Shown here piece after piece: positions 51,712-64,000 of a DNA stretch of 64,000 bases. The notes under the pieces were generated by a model that saw only the letters and a program-made list of their open reading frames with translations, did no database searches and was not told the DNA's origin. Made by a program: the position numbers and the translations under genes. The DNA lies in the NCBI GenBank assembly GCA_964016885.1, contig OZ024740.1, positions 188,356,001-188,420,000 of the forward strand. Reading direction: 5' to 3'. This stretch comes from Eledone cirrhosa. Its lineage: Eukaryota. Positions within the stretch are counted from its first letter, which is position 1, and the number at the start of each line of letters is the position of its first letter.

Positions 51712-51866
51712 CACTGTGAAGGGCATCTAGCTATAAAAGCAAAGTCCAAAATGGAATGTATGATAAAAAATTGGTTCTCTTATCTATGAAGTATCAGATC
51801 ATGCATGATGACCCATCCAACCCATGCCACTGTGGAAAGGGACAGAATGATGATGATGGTGATGAT
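51712..51866 (+). mobile_element. Degenerate RTE-derived non-autonomous element 3' part
   Basis: GAAGGGCATCTAGCTATAAAA...GACCCATCCAACCCATGCCACTGTGGAAAGGGAC...(GAT)n. Confidence 0.65.
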
Positions 51867-53876
51867 AGAAATTTTATCAAACTATTACACTCGAAATAGT
51901 CCTGATAAAGTTTCATTTGAAAAGCCAGCGAAAGACTTAATTAGCTGAAGCTGTAGGGAAAAAATGTGTTTTCCTATATCCAAATTGAGATATTTTGAAG
52001 AGATGCTTCAAAGAAAAATGTCTGAATTTTATAGACATTTTCTATTTCCTTTGTTCAGAAGATTTTGTTTATTTTGAGTACATTGTTTCAGCTCCAATTA
52101 GCCTTAATACAATAGCAACATCTAATTTTGTCATAAAAAATAATCAAACAAGAAAACAATTTTATAACTGAGTAAATAAAATTAAGTCCCAGAGTAGATA
52201 TTGTGTAAATAACTAGATTATTCTTTTAATTAGCTACACTAACAAGAAAATATCCAATTTCTATTGGTTACTCTTAATAGCATAGATATTAATTAGAAGA
52301 TCAATTGTCTCTAACCTGTTAAATTTATTGGATTAGGTTTTGTTTTCAGATGCTATAATTGCAATGAGTTATTATAGAAAATGTATTCTTTTTTTTTTTA
52401 CATTAAATTACCTATAACCTCCACCAAAGAGGTTCTCAGCCTAAAATGTTAGGAAATAAATACAGATCAATTCTCTATAATTGAAGGCTTAAGAAAACGA
52501 GCCTACAGTTTGAGAAGGACAACCACTGAGAAAGTAAACATATGTCATAGTAACATCTGCATATAAAAGCCTATAATAAAAGGGAATCTTAATTGCTACT
52601 ACTTCTGTTTCAACAAAAAACATTACTATTATGAATGCAGTGACTACCATAGTTATCATTGATGTGATCATCATAGAGAAATAGGGGTTAAAATATTATT
52701 GATAGAATACCAACTTAGAATTTTAGATATAAAATTCATTACATGTTTGCATAACTTTTGGCATCATAGAATGTCCAAGAATCAGATTTGTTACACCACT
52801 AATCCCCACAATCCACCATTAGATTAATATAAAGTATGGTATTCCATAGCCAACAATGATTTCAAAAGATTGAATAAATAAACCTCTCCCTTTATACAGT
52901 ATAATCATTTTCTTATAAAAAAATAAAGATTTCACACTTGCAAATCAGTAAATAAATTTAATTATATTCCATTGCTCAATATATCTATCACCATCATATT
53001 ACATCCATTTTGTAATGGGTTAGACAATATTGTCCTATGTTTTTGCTTATTGTACTTTTATTCTTCAGTTGGATGTTCCTGATACTCTCAACATATTCAA
53101 AGCCAGCATACAAAATTTAAGAAACAAAATAAGCACATTATGTATAAAGGATGCTGGCAAAATAGTTCACAGATATGTTTGAGTCATAAAACTGTGTTGC
53201 ATATTGAACAAAACCAGCTGAAACTGTTCCATTTGTATTCACTTTCTTTGAAGTAGTGAAATAGCAGCTGGTTCATGCATAATGCTTTCCATAAAACTCA
53301 GTATTCTTCAGCAGAAACATATATAATCAGTGAGGAAGTAGATACAGTTAGCCTATCATGAACCTGTGATGAATTTACTTACTTAGAATTCATTTCTCTT
53401 GCATGAAAATATCCGTATCTCTTGCATGAATGCATCGATTATTTAGTGTTTTATTTTTGATATGGAAAAATGTTACTTTCAATTATTTGTATTGCTGTGT
53501 AGCTTTAGGTGTAAAAGAAAAACGAGACAATGAATGTTTGTAACATTCTTCTATTCCTCTGAAATAAGTTAGATAGTAAGATATTTATTAAAAAGCTTCT
53601 ATTTAATCCTGCTTTTCTATCATTTGGTTTAAAATTTCAATGTAGTTTAAAACCAGTAAAAAAGATATGATATTATAAAATGTATACATTGCAGTAGTTT
53701 GACTTTTAGCTGGTACTGCCTGTGTAATAGAATAAACTGGACACATGTAAATAAATGTCTAGACAGTCAGAGTATGTATTGACATATTGAAATGTGAAGT
53801 ACATAAAGAATATCTTAATACAGAAGCAACAAATTTCTGTTCCACTGCAAATATAAAACTTAGTTCTTGGATATAT

Positions 53877-54221
53877 ATCATCATCATCATTTCATTTTAC
53901 GTCCACTTTTTCCCAGCTTGCAAGGATGGGACGGGAACTGATTCTGGCTTGATTTCTACAGCTGGATGCCCTTCCTAACACCAACCTCATTTACAGTGAG
54001 TGCTGGGTGCTTTTTTTTTGCTGTGGCACCTGCACAACCACTTTGTAGTGGAATGATAGGGACCCCAGTCCTATCATCTCATTTCTACAGCTGAGTAAAC
54101 TGGAGCAATGTGAAATAAAGTGTCTTGCTCAAGGAAACAACAAATCACCCGGTCTGAGAATTGAATTCACAACCTTTCGATTGCAAGGCCAATGCTCTAA
54201 CCACTAAGCCATGTGCCTCCA
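53877..54221 (-). mobile_element. tRNA-derived SINE family B: tRNA head, CORE-like body, RTE 5'UTR module, RTE 3' tail
   Basis: A box TGGCTTAGTGG; B-box-like GAATTCAATTC; CCTTGAGCAAGACACTTTA body; AAAAGCACCCAGCACTCACTGTAAATGAGGTTGGTGTTAGGAAGGGCATCCAGC (cf. 33535-33600); tail CCCGTCCCATCCTTGCAAGCTGGGAAAAAGTGGACGTAAAATGA(GAT)n (cf. 30481-30523). Confidence 0.85.
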
Positions 54222-54230
54222 TATATATAT

Positions 54231-54269
<39 letters not shown>

Positions 54270-54270
54270 T

Positions 54271-54445
54271 GGTGGATTGGCAGTATTGGCAGATGGTCGG
54301 ACGCCATGCTTTGACGTATAGAGTTATGGCCCTTGCCTTTCTGAGTTCAAATCCCGCCAAGCTTAACTTCGCCTTTTATCCTTACGGGGTCGATAAAATA
54401 AAGTACCAGTAATTGCTGGCCTTGTGCCTAACGTAGAAACAATTA
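54271..54445 (+). mobile_element. tRNA-derived SINE family A
   Basis: A box TGGCAGTATTGG, B box GAGTTCAAATCC, shared body and end GTAGAAACAATTA. Confidence 0.9.
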
Positions 54446-54711
54446 ATATATATACACAGAAAACCTTACAAATTTAGTACAAATTTTTTGATAAAATGAA
54501 ATTGAGATTATATCAATATTAAATTCACCAAAAAGATATATAGATAAGTGGGAAGTGAGGGGAAGAGGATAAACAGTGGGATTGGCGAGATTAAGAAATT
54601 GAAGTACTAAAGATGTACTTTTAAAATTTTCCTACTTTTCTTTATACCCATTTCGCAATGTTTCACTCTTTCTACTAATCTAGCTTTGCAAATTTATGTT
54701 AAGACTGACAA

Positions 54712-54895
54712 GGATTGGCAGTATCAGTAGAAGGTCGGATGCAATGCTTTGCAGCAAAGAGTTACTGCCCTTTATGGTCTGTGTTCAAATCCCGCCGATG
54801 TTAACTTTGCCTTTCATCATTACGGGGTCGATAAAGTAAAGTACCAGTAATGCACTGAGTAATTGCTGGCCTTGTGCCAAAAGTAGAAACAATTA
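54712..54895 (+). mobile_element. tRNA-derived SINE family A
   Basis: Same A/B boxes, body and end as the 54271-54445 copy. Confidence 0.9.
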
Positions 54896-55264
54896 TATTA
54901 ATTTCATTCCATCAGAAGATTTTGTACTAAACATTTAAGGTCTACTCTGAGTGTATACATTTATTACTGTGTATATATGCACGTGTATGTATTTTTGTAT
55001 GTATATGGGTGTAGGTATGTAGGTATGTATGTATGTGCGTATGTATGTACGTATGTGTGTGTATGAGTACATATATACATGTGTATGGGTGTACATTTCC
55101 TTTTTCCATGTTCCCATGGGTTATACAAGACATATTTAGGGAAGATGTTTCCTGATATCAACCCTTGTTTCTTTGTTTAGTAAGCTATTACTTTAAGCAT
55201 GTTGAACACTGAGCCACGAGACGGTTTTTATACATGATATACATCTCACCTCTATCAGTGTTAA

Positions 55265-56294
55265 ATGCAATGCAAAGAAACATTGGTAAACATATTCCAT
55301 TGCACAGATGGTTCTATGGAAATAGTGGACACCTTCCGTTACTTGGGGGACAAAATCAGCAGTGGTGGAGGGTGCTCTGAAAGTACAGTAGCTAGAGTCA
55401 GAACTGGATGGGAAAAGTTCAGAGAGCTTATACCACTATTAGCCGCTAAAGGGTTCTCTCTAAAAATGAAAGGCAGGCTGTATGATGCCTGCATACGAAC
55501 AGCAATGCTACATGGCAGTGAGACCTGGGCATTGTGTGCAGAGGATATACGCAGACTGGAGAGGAACGAAGCTTGCATGCTCCGCTGGATGCGTAATAGT
55601 AATATACGTGAACGGCAAAGCATAAACAAACAAAGGGAAAAATTAGAAATAAGAGGGATCAGATGTTGTTTACTCGAGAGAAGACTACGTTGGCATGGTC
55701 ACGTGATGCGCATGAAAGACGACAGCTGTATAAAAAAGTGCAGGGCAATAAAAATAGACGGTAGCCACGGAGTAGGCAGACCCAGAAAAACCTGGGACGA
55801 CTTGATAAATTCCGACCTCACACACTTACACCTCTCCAAGACAATGTCACTGGACCGAGATCTTTGGCGCTACACAGTAATACAGAAGACCCGCCTTACC
55901 TAAGTACAAAGTGAAACCTACTACAGTCAGTAGGCACCTCTAATAAAAATACACCCCCGTCCCACTACCCCCACCCCATCCACACCACCACTTTCAATGT
56001 AAAGTTATGTTGGTACCACAACATCCAGTCCGAGACAAATGAGGTCGTGTAGGTGTCACGACAAAAAAACACACAGTCCACGCTGTAATGTGGCCATGTA
56101 GGTAACACGGTAAAAACCTCCCAGTCCACACTGTAAACGTGGTTGGTGTTAGGGAGGGCATCCAGCCGTAGAAAACCCGCCAGACAATCCTATGCGAGCA
56201 AGACAACCACTCTTGCCTCAAGTGGGAAAACTCCCGTCCAAACCCATGCAAGCGTGGAAGATGGACGTTAAACGATGATAATGATGATGATGAT
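55265..56294 (+). mobile_element. 5'-truncated RTE LINE (second subfamily) with long 3'UTR and (GAT)n tail
   Basis: ORF 55265-55903 (VDTFRYLGDKISSGGGC...KGRLYDACIRTAMLHGSETW...RRLRWHGHVMRM...GRPRKTW) is homologous to 30485-31100; tail at 56270-56294. Confidence 0.92.
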
Positions 56295-56310
56295 TTGTTT
56301 TATATAATCA

Positions 56311-57441
56311 CTAGCAGCAGTACCCAGCGTTGCCTGGGTAGGTAAAATAATATCTGCTTGATGAAAAGGTGTTGATCTTAGCGACTGCTTCTCGATGACT
56401 CATCTATGGCCACACACAGGCCATGCGGGGGAGGGTGGTGATGACCTCTATCACTGGGAAACGCGGGTGACTGACGAAGGGGCATGCTGGGGGAGGGAGG
56501 TAATGACCTGTAACACTAAGCCAAATTTCCTCACGCTACTTGATTGGAAACCGATGAATTCTCAAATACCCAACTAAAATCTCAGACGACGTCAGTGGCC
56601 ATCGTTTTGCCTTTGACCATCTATAAAATGTGCAATGATAGGATCTATCGAAGTATAAAGGTTGAACTAAATAAATTGATATGTGCGAGGTGGAGCCGAA
56701 GTTTCGAATTTGAACGAAATCGGTTGAAAAATGTGGGAGCTAATGATAGGTCGCCGTCCCTGAACAAAATATGCAAAGTGTAAAGCTACTATAAGATGTG
56801 CAATGATAGGTTCTATCGTAATATAAAAGTTGAACCAAATAAATTGATTTATGTGTGAAGTGGAGCCGAAGTTTCGAGTTTGAAAGAAATCGGTTGAAAA
56901 ATGTGGGAGCTAGAGCCGAAAAGGTGGTATTTTCGAATATTTAAGCGGGTGCCACGCCGTTCCTGAACAAAGACGTGAAATAATCAGATATAGCGTAGTG
57001 TAAAATTTGAACAAAGTGGGTTGATTAATGTGGGAGCTAGAGCCGAAAAAGTGGAAATTTGAGTCTAAAAGTGGTATTTTTGAATATTTAAGCGGTTGCC
57101 ACGTCGTTCCTGAACAACAAATGCAAAATATATAGCCATTAGAGGATGTGCAATAATAAATTCTACTTTGCTTTAAAATTTGAACGAAATCGGTGGCAAA
57201 ATGTGGGAGCTAAAGCCAAAAACTTATTTTTCGATACCTAAAAAAAGGTGACCCTATCGATTTTAATCTGCAGAATGAGCCCAGCATAAAAAAAACGATA
57301 CGCTGATATATAGAAAACACTCCCCGATGACTCATCTACGAGCCTGTAAGGTTTCATAAAAATCGGTCGTAAGATGTAGGCTCCTATAGGTAATACACAG
57401 ACACACAGACACACACACATACTTAATTTTATATATACAGA
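56311..57441 (-). mobile_element. Non-autonomous Helitron
   Basis: On the minus strand: 5' TC (57441-57440) after host A; 3' hairpin TACCCAG-GCAACG-CTGGGTA (56340-56321) then CTAG (56314-56311) before host T; (TGTC/TG)n near the 5' end; internal repeats of TTTGAACGAAATCGGTTGAAAAATGTGGGAGCTA. Confidence 0.88.
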
Positions 57442-58997
57442 TATGTATTAGTTATTAAGATGTTGATGATAATGCCGATGATAGTGTCCTCATCATTGAA
57501 TTGTTTTTTCTGAATTTCCTCCCTATTTTATTTTTATTTTTCCTCTCTTGCCTATTAGCTTGTATGTCTGTTGAGTTATTTCATTCTATTCTTGAACAAC
57601 TCTTTAGTATCTTAATATTATCAGTTTAATATGTATTTATTGAAATATTTTCATTCATATAAAAAATGAGAATTTCCACAAAGCTACAGAAGTCCTGTAC
57701 AGGTGTGAAGTACCTGACGCAATTAAATCATTATATTCAATTATTTAGGGGTTTTGAAAGTTTATTCTCAATAATTAACACATACTCAATAATACATACA
57801 GATTTCATAGTGTGGTATTCCCTAATCTGTTCTCAACTGCAAATTACAATGATTTTAACACCAACCAACAGTGTTGATCCTCAAGTGGTGCAATTTGCTT
57901 AATACTTAGTGATCCTATTATCATTGGTAGTATTATTATTTTCATATTTTGCTTAATTCCACTCCAAAATCCTTGCACGTAGTTAATATATGGGTGATAT
58001 TTCAGTGACAAGAGATCAAGATGTCTATTAGAGTGAAAAGGTTCTCATTCCTATTTTGAATAATTTATCTTCTTATGAGTCTAGGCTGATATATGTTTAG
58101 TTATCAGAGGGAAATTATTGTTATTTGCTATGCTTAGTGCATGTTTATACCACTTGTTTACAGTTTTTGCTTCAAAGTGTCAGCATAATTCCTAATGGCT
58201 ATTGGCTTATTCTGTTTGTAGAAGTACTGGGCATCAAAGCATAAATATGATCAATTGTTTTCTTGTTTTGCTGATTACATAGTCTGTTCTTAATGTTAGT
58301 CTCTCTTTTGCTTATTTTCTTCTTGCTCTGTGTGTATGAGAGTGAGTTTAACTTGTCATTGATTTGAACTGTTTCTGAGATAGATTCTAGAGTTTTTGAG
58401 CCAATGTTAACTTAAAAATTGACTAACCTTGTTTTCTGATAGTACTAGTTTGGGAATTAGTAGCAATAATGTTATGCATCTTTAAAAATATAATAAATTG
58501 ACTAGAAATTGCCATAAGTTGATTTAAAGGTATCAATATCATTGCAGCAGTTGTAGTATTATTGTTTTTCTAGTAATTGACATAAATATAATCATTCCAT
58601 TTATGTTACATTTCCAATTCAAAAGTAGTTATAAGCTGGTATTTAGGCATACATGTTCATGGAGGTTGGCATGAACATTTTCCAGCAGATGGCAAGGATA
58701 TTTGAGAGGATATTAAGGAATGAAGGTTATTTTATATATTATGTTAAAGATCTGTGGCTACTTCAATTTTGTCATATGTATGTATACTACTGTGTGTAGG
58801 TATGTGCTCAAACTGGTGAACCAAAAGTATCTAAATGTTACACACCAATAAACTATATATCTATATATGTCTATATATATATATATATATTTCTGTCATT
58901 ACAACAGCAAATATCCGAGCTTTTGATTCCAGATTCGAGCCAGATCGAACCTTGAGATTATCAATAGTGAAATGCGCATCACCAATCAATAAACGTA

Positions 58998-59079
58998 ATG
59001 AAGGCTTAAAAAATCGTCCTTGTATTACTATATATATATATATATATAGTAATACAAGGACGATTGTTTAAGCCTTCAT
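58998..59079. repeat. 82 bp near-perfect palindrome centred on (TA)10
   Basis: ATGAAGGCTTAAAAAATCGTCCTTGTATTAC-(TA)10-GTAATACAAGGACGATTGTTTAAGCCTTCAT, 1 mismatch. Confidence 0.92.
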
Positions 59080-59982
59080 ATATATATATGATCAGTGTTT
59101 CGCATAATCATTAGAGGATTGTTATATTGTTCTGGACCTTTGCACTCAAAGCTCCAATCCGACTCAAGTTAACATTGCTGTTCACTATTCCAGGGTGAAT
59201 AATATATAGAAGTAGTTAACTGTTGAGGTGATTTCTCCCTCTCTCCCGACTCTCTCTCTCACACACACACACATATATTAATGGCCAGGGACACTCCCCT
59301 AACATGTAGGAGATACGTGATCCCAATTGACAGCAGGTAGTGCTGTCCAAAGTTATCTGGCTCCAGAAGTACTTTATCTGCTTTATTCCACATTAACTTA
59401 TAGTTATCAATTACTATTATATTTATCCATTTTGTGGGGATTATACATATATATGTGTGTGTGTGTGTGTCTGTGCATGCACATTTATATATAAAATTGG
59501 AATTCTCACTAAAGAATCATATGCTGTAGGCATTTATTCTAAGCTCATCTTTAAAACTAGTATATTGTGATCTTTTTTATATTTTGTTGTGTAGGGAGTT
59601 ATTACAGTTGGTAATATATTTATTGTATTCAACTTATTCTACACAACACCTATGTCACTAAATTGCCTTCAGGTAATGTACTTTATACTAAAGTTTGACC
59701 ATTGGGATATTCATGGTTTGATTTAATACAGTTAGTGAAAAATGACTTTACACAGATTTCTTCTGTGATAGTTTTTCTTTATCCAGTAACTTTCATTCTT
59801 ACTTTTTTCTCATTCTTTTAAGGTTATATAAAAGAAGAAATCAATTTATTGACCCAAAAACTTTATGGAAACTAACAAATTAAGTTCCTTGATTTCTATA
59901 GTGATTGTGTACCTTTTTTTTTCTTTCTCTAGCTTTCCCTGTTTATCTTTAGATATTTATCTTTATGTCCTCTAATCAAAAA

Positions 59983-62933
59983 TATTATTATTATTATTAT
60001 TATTCGTGTAGTAGTCCTGTTTTTATTGTGCAAAATCACTGCATTACCATGTGCTGCTCAGGGCCCCTTGGGTATATGTTGTGTAATTTTTGGTGGTTGT
60101 GTTTTTTATTGTATTGAGAGTATGCTTTGTAATATTGCTCCAGTGCCTAGTTGTAGTATTTTTATATGCTGTATATATTTGTACATCCTGGGGTTTGGTG
60201 TATGTATCTGTCTCTCTGTGTGTGTTTTTTTCTTTTTGTCATTCCCAGAGCACCTATTATTGTAGTTATTGTTTCTGTTTCATCATCCATATTTGGGTTA
60301 TTTCTATCTCTAGACCTTTATATTTGGATAGTTTCACCATTTCCTTGTAGATATATTGTCGTCTGTGGGGTATCAATACATCATTTAGAAGACATTGTTT
60401 TTCTTTATGGCCAGTTGGTTGGCTTTGATCTCCCTGTCAGTGTTTATTGGCATATTCCAGAGAATGGTTACTTTGTCATTCTCTGACACCTTTTCTAGTG
60501 TGCCTGTACCACTCTTTTTCTGTTCATATTTCATAATGTTGCCTAACTTCCAGTGTATGTAAATTCTAACTCTATAATACCTAGATATATTCACTTTTGG
60601 CTAAGACTGGGCAGCCAGAGACAATTTGTTTAATTGTTTATTCCTTTCCACTGCCTATTCTGCAGTTACATCCTGTGTTCTACTTCATGATGTACTTCTA
60701 GTGGTTTGTAGAGACATCTTGTTTATTCTGCAGACTTTGGTTTTAGCTTTATTGATTAGCAACTAGTTTTTACAGTCATACCTTTGCAGTACCCTTTCCG
60801 TTTTTCTGGAAACAGGTTGTATTATACCAGTTATTTGGTCAGTTTCTGTGATACTTTCGCAGTTAAGTTTTGTATATAGTAGGTAGGCATCTTATTGGCC
60901 TGTAGTTTTTTAGGGTTTACTGTGTCACTTAATCTTGTGTATCAGGGTAGTTTTTTCCCCCTAGTGAGCCCGTTATGAGAATTTTCTGGATTTGTCAACA
61001 TCTCATTAAACCTTTATGCAATTGCACCACATTTCCCTGTTTATTTCAAACAAAGATTGGGGATCTTTTCATGTTCTGGTACCTTCCAGTTGCTTGCTTT
61101 TTGCAGTGGGCTAGACACATCAACTGTTGTAATTTCTTTCCACAGTTGTTCTTCTTCTGTGTTTGTTATTGCTAGTACATGGTAACTTTTCTTCGCTTGC
61201 CCATAATCTCCTCCAGATCTATACCATCTCATTTACTTTTGAAGCTATATTTATTTCTATTTTGTTCCCATTATCTCTGTCATAAAAGGGCAGTGGATTG
61301 GCAGTATCGGTAGAGAGTCAGACACCATGCTTTCCAGCATAGTTACGTCCCTTTACGGTCTGAGTTCAAATCCCGCCGAGGTTTACTTTGCCTTTCATCC
61401 TTACGGGGTCGATAAAATAAAGTACCAGTAATACACTGGGTCAAGTCTGGCCTTGTGCCTAAAGTAGAAACAATTATGTCTGTCATAAAATCATTTTGTG
61501 TTGGAGTAAAATAGCTGGTTTTGTTAAAAAAAAAATGTTGATGTTAAAAAAAAGATTTGGTCTTTCGATTCTTTGTACCTTTGCAAGTATTTGTTGTTTT
61601 AGGTATTCCTTAGTTTCTGGGATTTCCTTTTCTGTTATATATATTTTTAGTATTTATATTTGCTTTCCTGTTACATGTAAGATTTAGAGGTCTTTTCTTT
61701 CATCTCTTATCTTTTGTTTTTGTATCTTTGATTTCTATGTTTGTGTGGGTTCTGTTGTTCTTGCTTGTGTAGATCTACGAGGGTACCCACTTTCTTTTGT
61801 AAGAACATCACAAGCTGCATATATTATATTATTTAGCCTTATGATTCTAACGTTTTCGTGTTTATTAAGCCTATGATTGCTAGATTAGCGTGTTTGATAA
61901 TTGTTGTTATTTTATTATTAATTTCTATTTTTGGTAAGCGTATTCTTTTATCCATATAGAGATCTACTGTTTGGAGTTCTTGGATTATTTCCAACTTTAT
62001 CGTATTGTGGTCTTGAGTTTCGTCTTTAGGGTCTCCTTTTTCTGCATATTTCTTTGTATTTGTATTTTTATAGTGTTGTTTACTTTATCTGTTTTGGATA
62101 TATTTTTTCTTCATATCTTAAAATCTCAATATGTTTATGTTTGTTAGTTGCTTTGTATATGTAACTTATGATTTCCTTGTGTATTTTTTCTTATAAGTGC
62201 TCTTTTCCATGTCTGATATTTTTGTTTTGTTTTTAATATGTATCTCCTTAAATGTGTAAGTATTTTGTGATCGAGCTTTAAATCAGTATGGGTTGTGTTT
62301 TGTCGGATTGTATATGTGTGTGTTGTGTTTTCCTTTTTAGGATATAACGTTGCCATAAAATATGCATGTACATTCGAAGCATATTCCTCCCGTGTCCATT
62401 TGTGTCTTTTTGATATTATTCGTTTCACTTGAGGGGGAACGTCTGGCCATCATTTAGAATGTTATCATCTTTGTGGTCTTTGTGCTTCTGAATTTGTATG
62501 TTTTTGCATGCATTGGTTTTGTACAATTTTTTTGTAAGTTCAAAGAACGAACATCTGTAAATCTATGTGATTTCTTTGTGTACATCTTTCACAATATACA
62601 CACTGTTAATGCAATCGATAAATTGTATGCATTGTCATTCCTTTTGGGGTTTTTTCCTCCTTTTTGTTTTGGTTTTGGTTGTAAATTCTCTGCATTGTGT
62701 TGTGACTGTTTTTCAAATTGTTGCATTTTTCACACTGGGTTCCAGTGGTAAGAAAGAAATTTATATGATAGGAAGAATCCATACATAAAATATATTTTTG
62801 GTAGTGTTCGTTGATTCTTGTCTAACATTTGTCTTCATTTTCTGGCTATATTTACTATAGATTCATCAATGATGTCCGATTTGTTCCAATTTTTGTGGTA
62901 ACCTTTGTTAAAAAACTTATTATTGTTATTATT
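59983..62933 (-). mobile_element. Decayed, internally deleted R4/Dong-like non-LTR element (RLE endonuclease)
   Basis: N-terminal KRHKWTREEY; RT start LQKASNWKVP..., NYRPIRCLPTIYK, LLINKA; CCHC relic CNCRI...TIKQIVSGCPVLAKSEY...IHWKL; RLE ENDKVTILWNMPINTDREIKAN...CLLNDVLIP...KLSKYKGLEIEI...IIGALG; (TAA)n at both ends. The 5' boundary is uncertain. Confidence 0.75.
61288..61478 (+). mobile_element. tRNA-derived SINE family A, full length, with TSD, nested in the R4/Dong-like element
   Basis: TSD TCTGTCATAAAA at 61276-61287 and 61479-61490 (18 bp with one mismatch if extended). Confidence 0.92.
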
Positions 62934-62996
62934 CTGGAGGAGGGGAACGTCCACTAAACTTACTCCAGTGTGTTACTGGTACTTTATTTTATCGAT
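62917..62996 (-). mobile_element. SINE family A-related 3' fragment with (AAT)n tail
   Basis: Reverse complement ATCGATAAAATAAAGTACCAGTAACACACTGGAGT...AATAATAACAATAATAA. Confidence 0.6.
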
Positions 62997-64000
62997 ACTG
63001 TCAATCCCTCTGCCTTTGCAATTTATAATAGCAACAACTACTAGAGTATTTTTCCTACTCTAAGAAGAGAAAGGGAAGCAAGAAATAGTTCACTTTGATT
63101 AAGAGAAAGAAAAGTTATTGGTTAATTAATAACTGATAGGGGTAGTGACAGATTGATTCAAGTTGATTTTAAACTAAGAATGTCTTCACTAACTTTCATT
63201 TTAATTTCCATGCAGATTATTAAAATATTTCTTTTGATCTGAAGCAGTCTTATTTTTCAAATGAATGGCCATTCATTATACATATATGAAATTACTTCAC
63301 TTGTAAACCCACCCATCATCAAAATAAAGGTAAACAAATGCAACAAATTTTAACCAACAATGACCCACCACACAAACTACAATCTTTTTTATAGAACATC
63401 TAAAATATTTAATTCTAGTAGAGTAGGGTTGTTTTAAGGAAATCTGCAGTTAATTTGGTTAAATGTTATAGAATATACTCAATTTGTAAAATATATTCAA
63501 AATCATTGGGATATCTTTGCAGATTTTTGTTGATAGAGTTAATAATATTCCTATGTTTATTATGTTGAAGAATTTTCATAGTGGCTTGATGTATAAGGTG
63601 CATTTAACATTGACATTTCCTTGGCCAACACAGAAAGTATTTATGATTGCTTTCCTCTTGTTTGACATTTTGCCAAGACCTTCTCATCTATGGCAAAATT
63701 TAAGCCGAACTTAGTTCTACACTTGGTCATTGTAGTACTCCATTTTTCGTTAAATTAATTTATTAACTAGACAGGTAGGTCAGGTAGGTAGGTGTAATTG
63801 TGATACTAGACGCATATCATTTCAGGACACTTGAGTATACACATTAAAAAAAAAAAACACAAAACAAAACTGGACTTCACTGTTTCCAAATATCATATAA
63901 GTATGAAATGAAATGTAAGAAATCTATTGCTTTTCATTACTTGAGATTTTTAGAAGCACAATTGATTTAAACGCTCATATTCATTCATCATTTCCTAAAA

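Noticed and set aside
54150-54221. tRNA genes at SINE heads (also 54271, 54712, 61288)
   Set aside because: A/B boxes only, no complete cloverleaf, and each continues into a SINE body.
56700-57215. CRISPR-like repeat/spacer pattern
   Set aside because: Spacers are 90-140 bp and homologous to each other, the context is eukaryotic, no cas genes are present, and the array lies within a Helitron.

Overview
AT-rich, gene-poor eukaryotic DNA. The repeat repertoire (tRNA-derived SINEs with RTE-derived bodies and tails, RTE, CR1 and R4/Dong-like LINE relics, Penelope-like elements, a non-autonomous Helitron, very long TA microsatellites) resembles a coleoid cephalopod such as an octopus; this is inference only. 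No intact host protein-coding gene can be supported, and all long IYIY/CVCV/HTHT ORFs are microsatellite artefacts. The dominant structure is a ~27 kb degenerate (TA)n array (about 23346-50555, with a 200-N gap). It hosts three Penelope-like remnants (two with hammerhead ribozyme folds, one of these with an unusually long stem II), two near-identical CR1 3' ends, a near-full-length RTE with a PHD-like finger inside its RT, and a short RTE insertion with a twin-priming-type 5' inversion. The array also shows polarity switches, higher-order repeats, and inverted copies of its own flanks, suggesting growth by fold-back (snap-back) synthesis.
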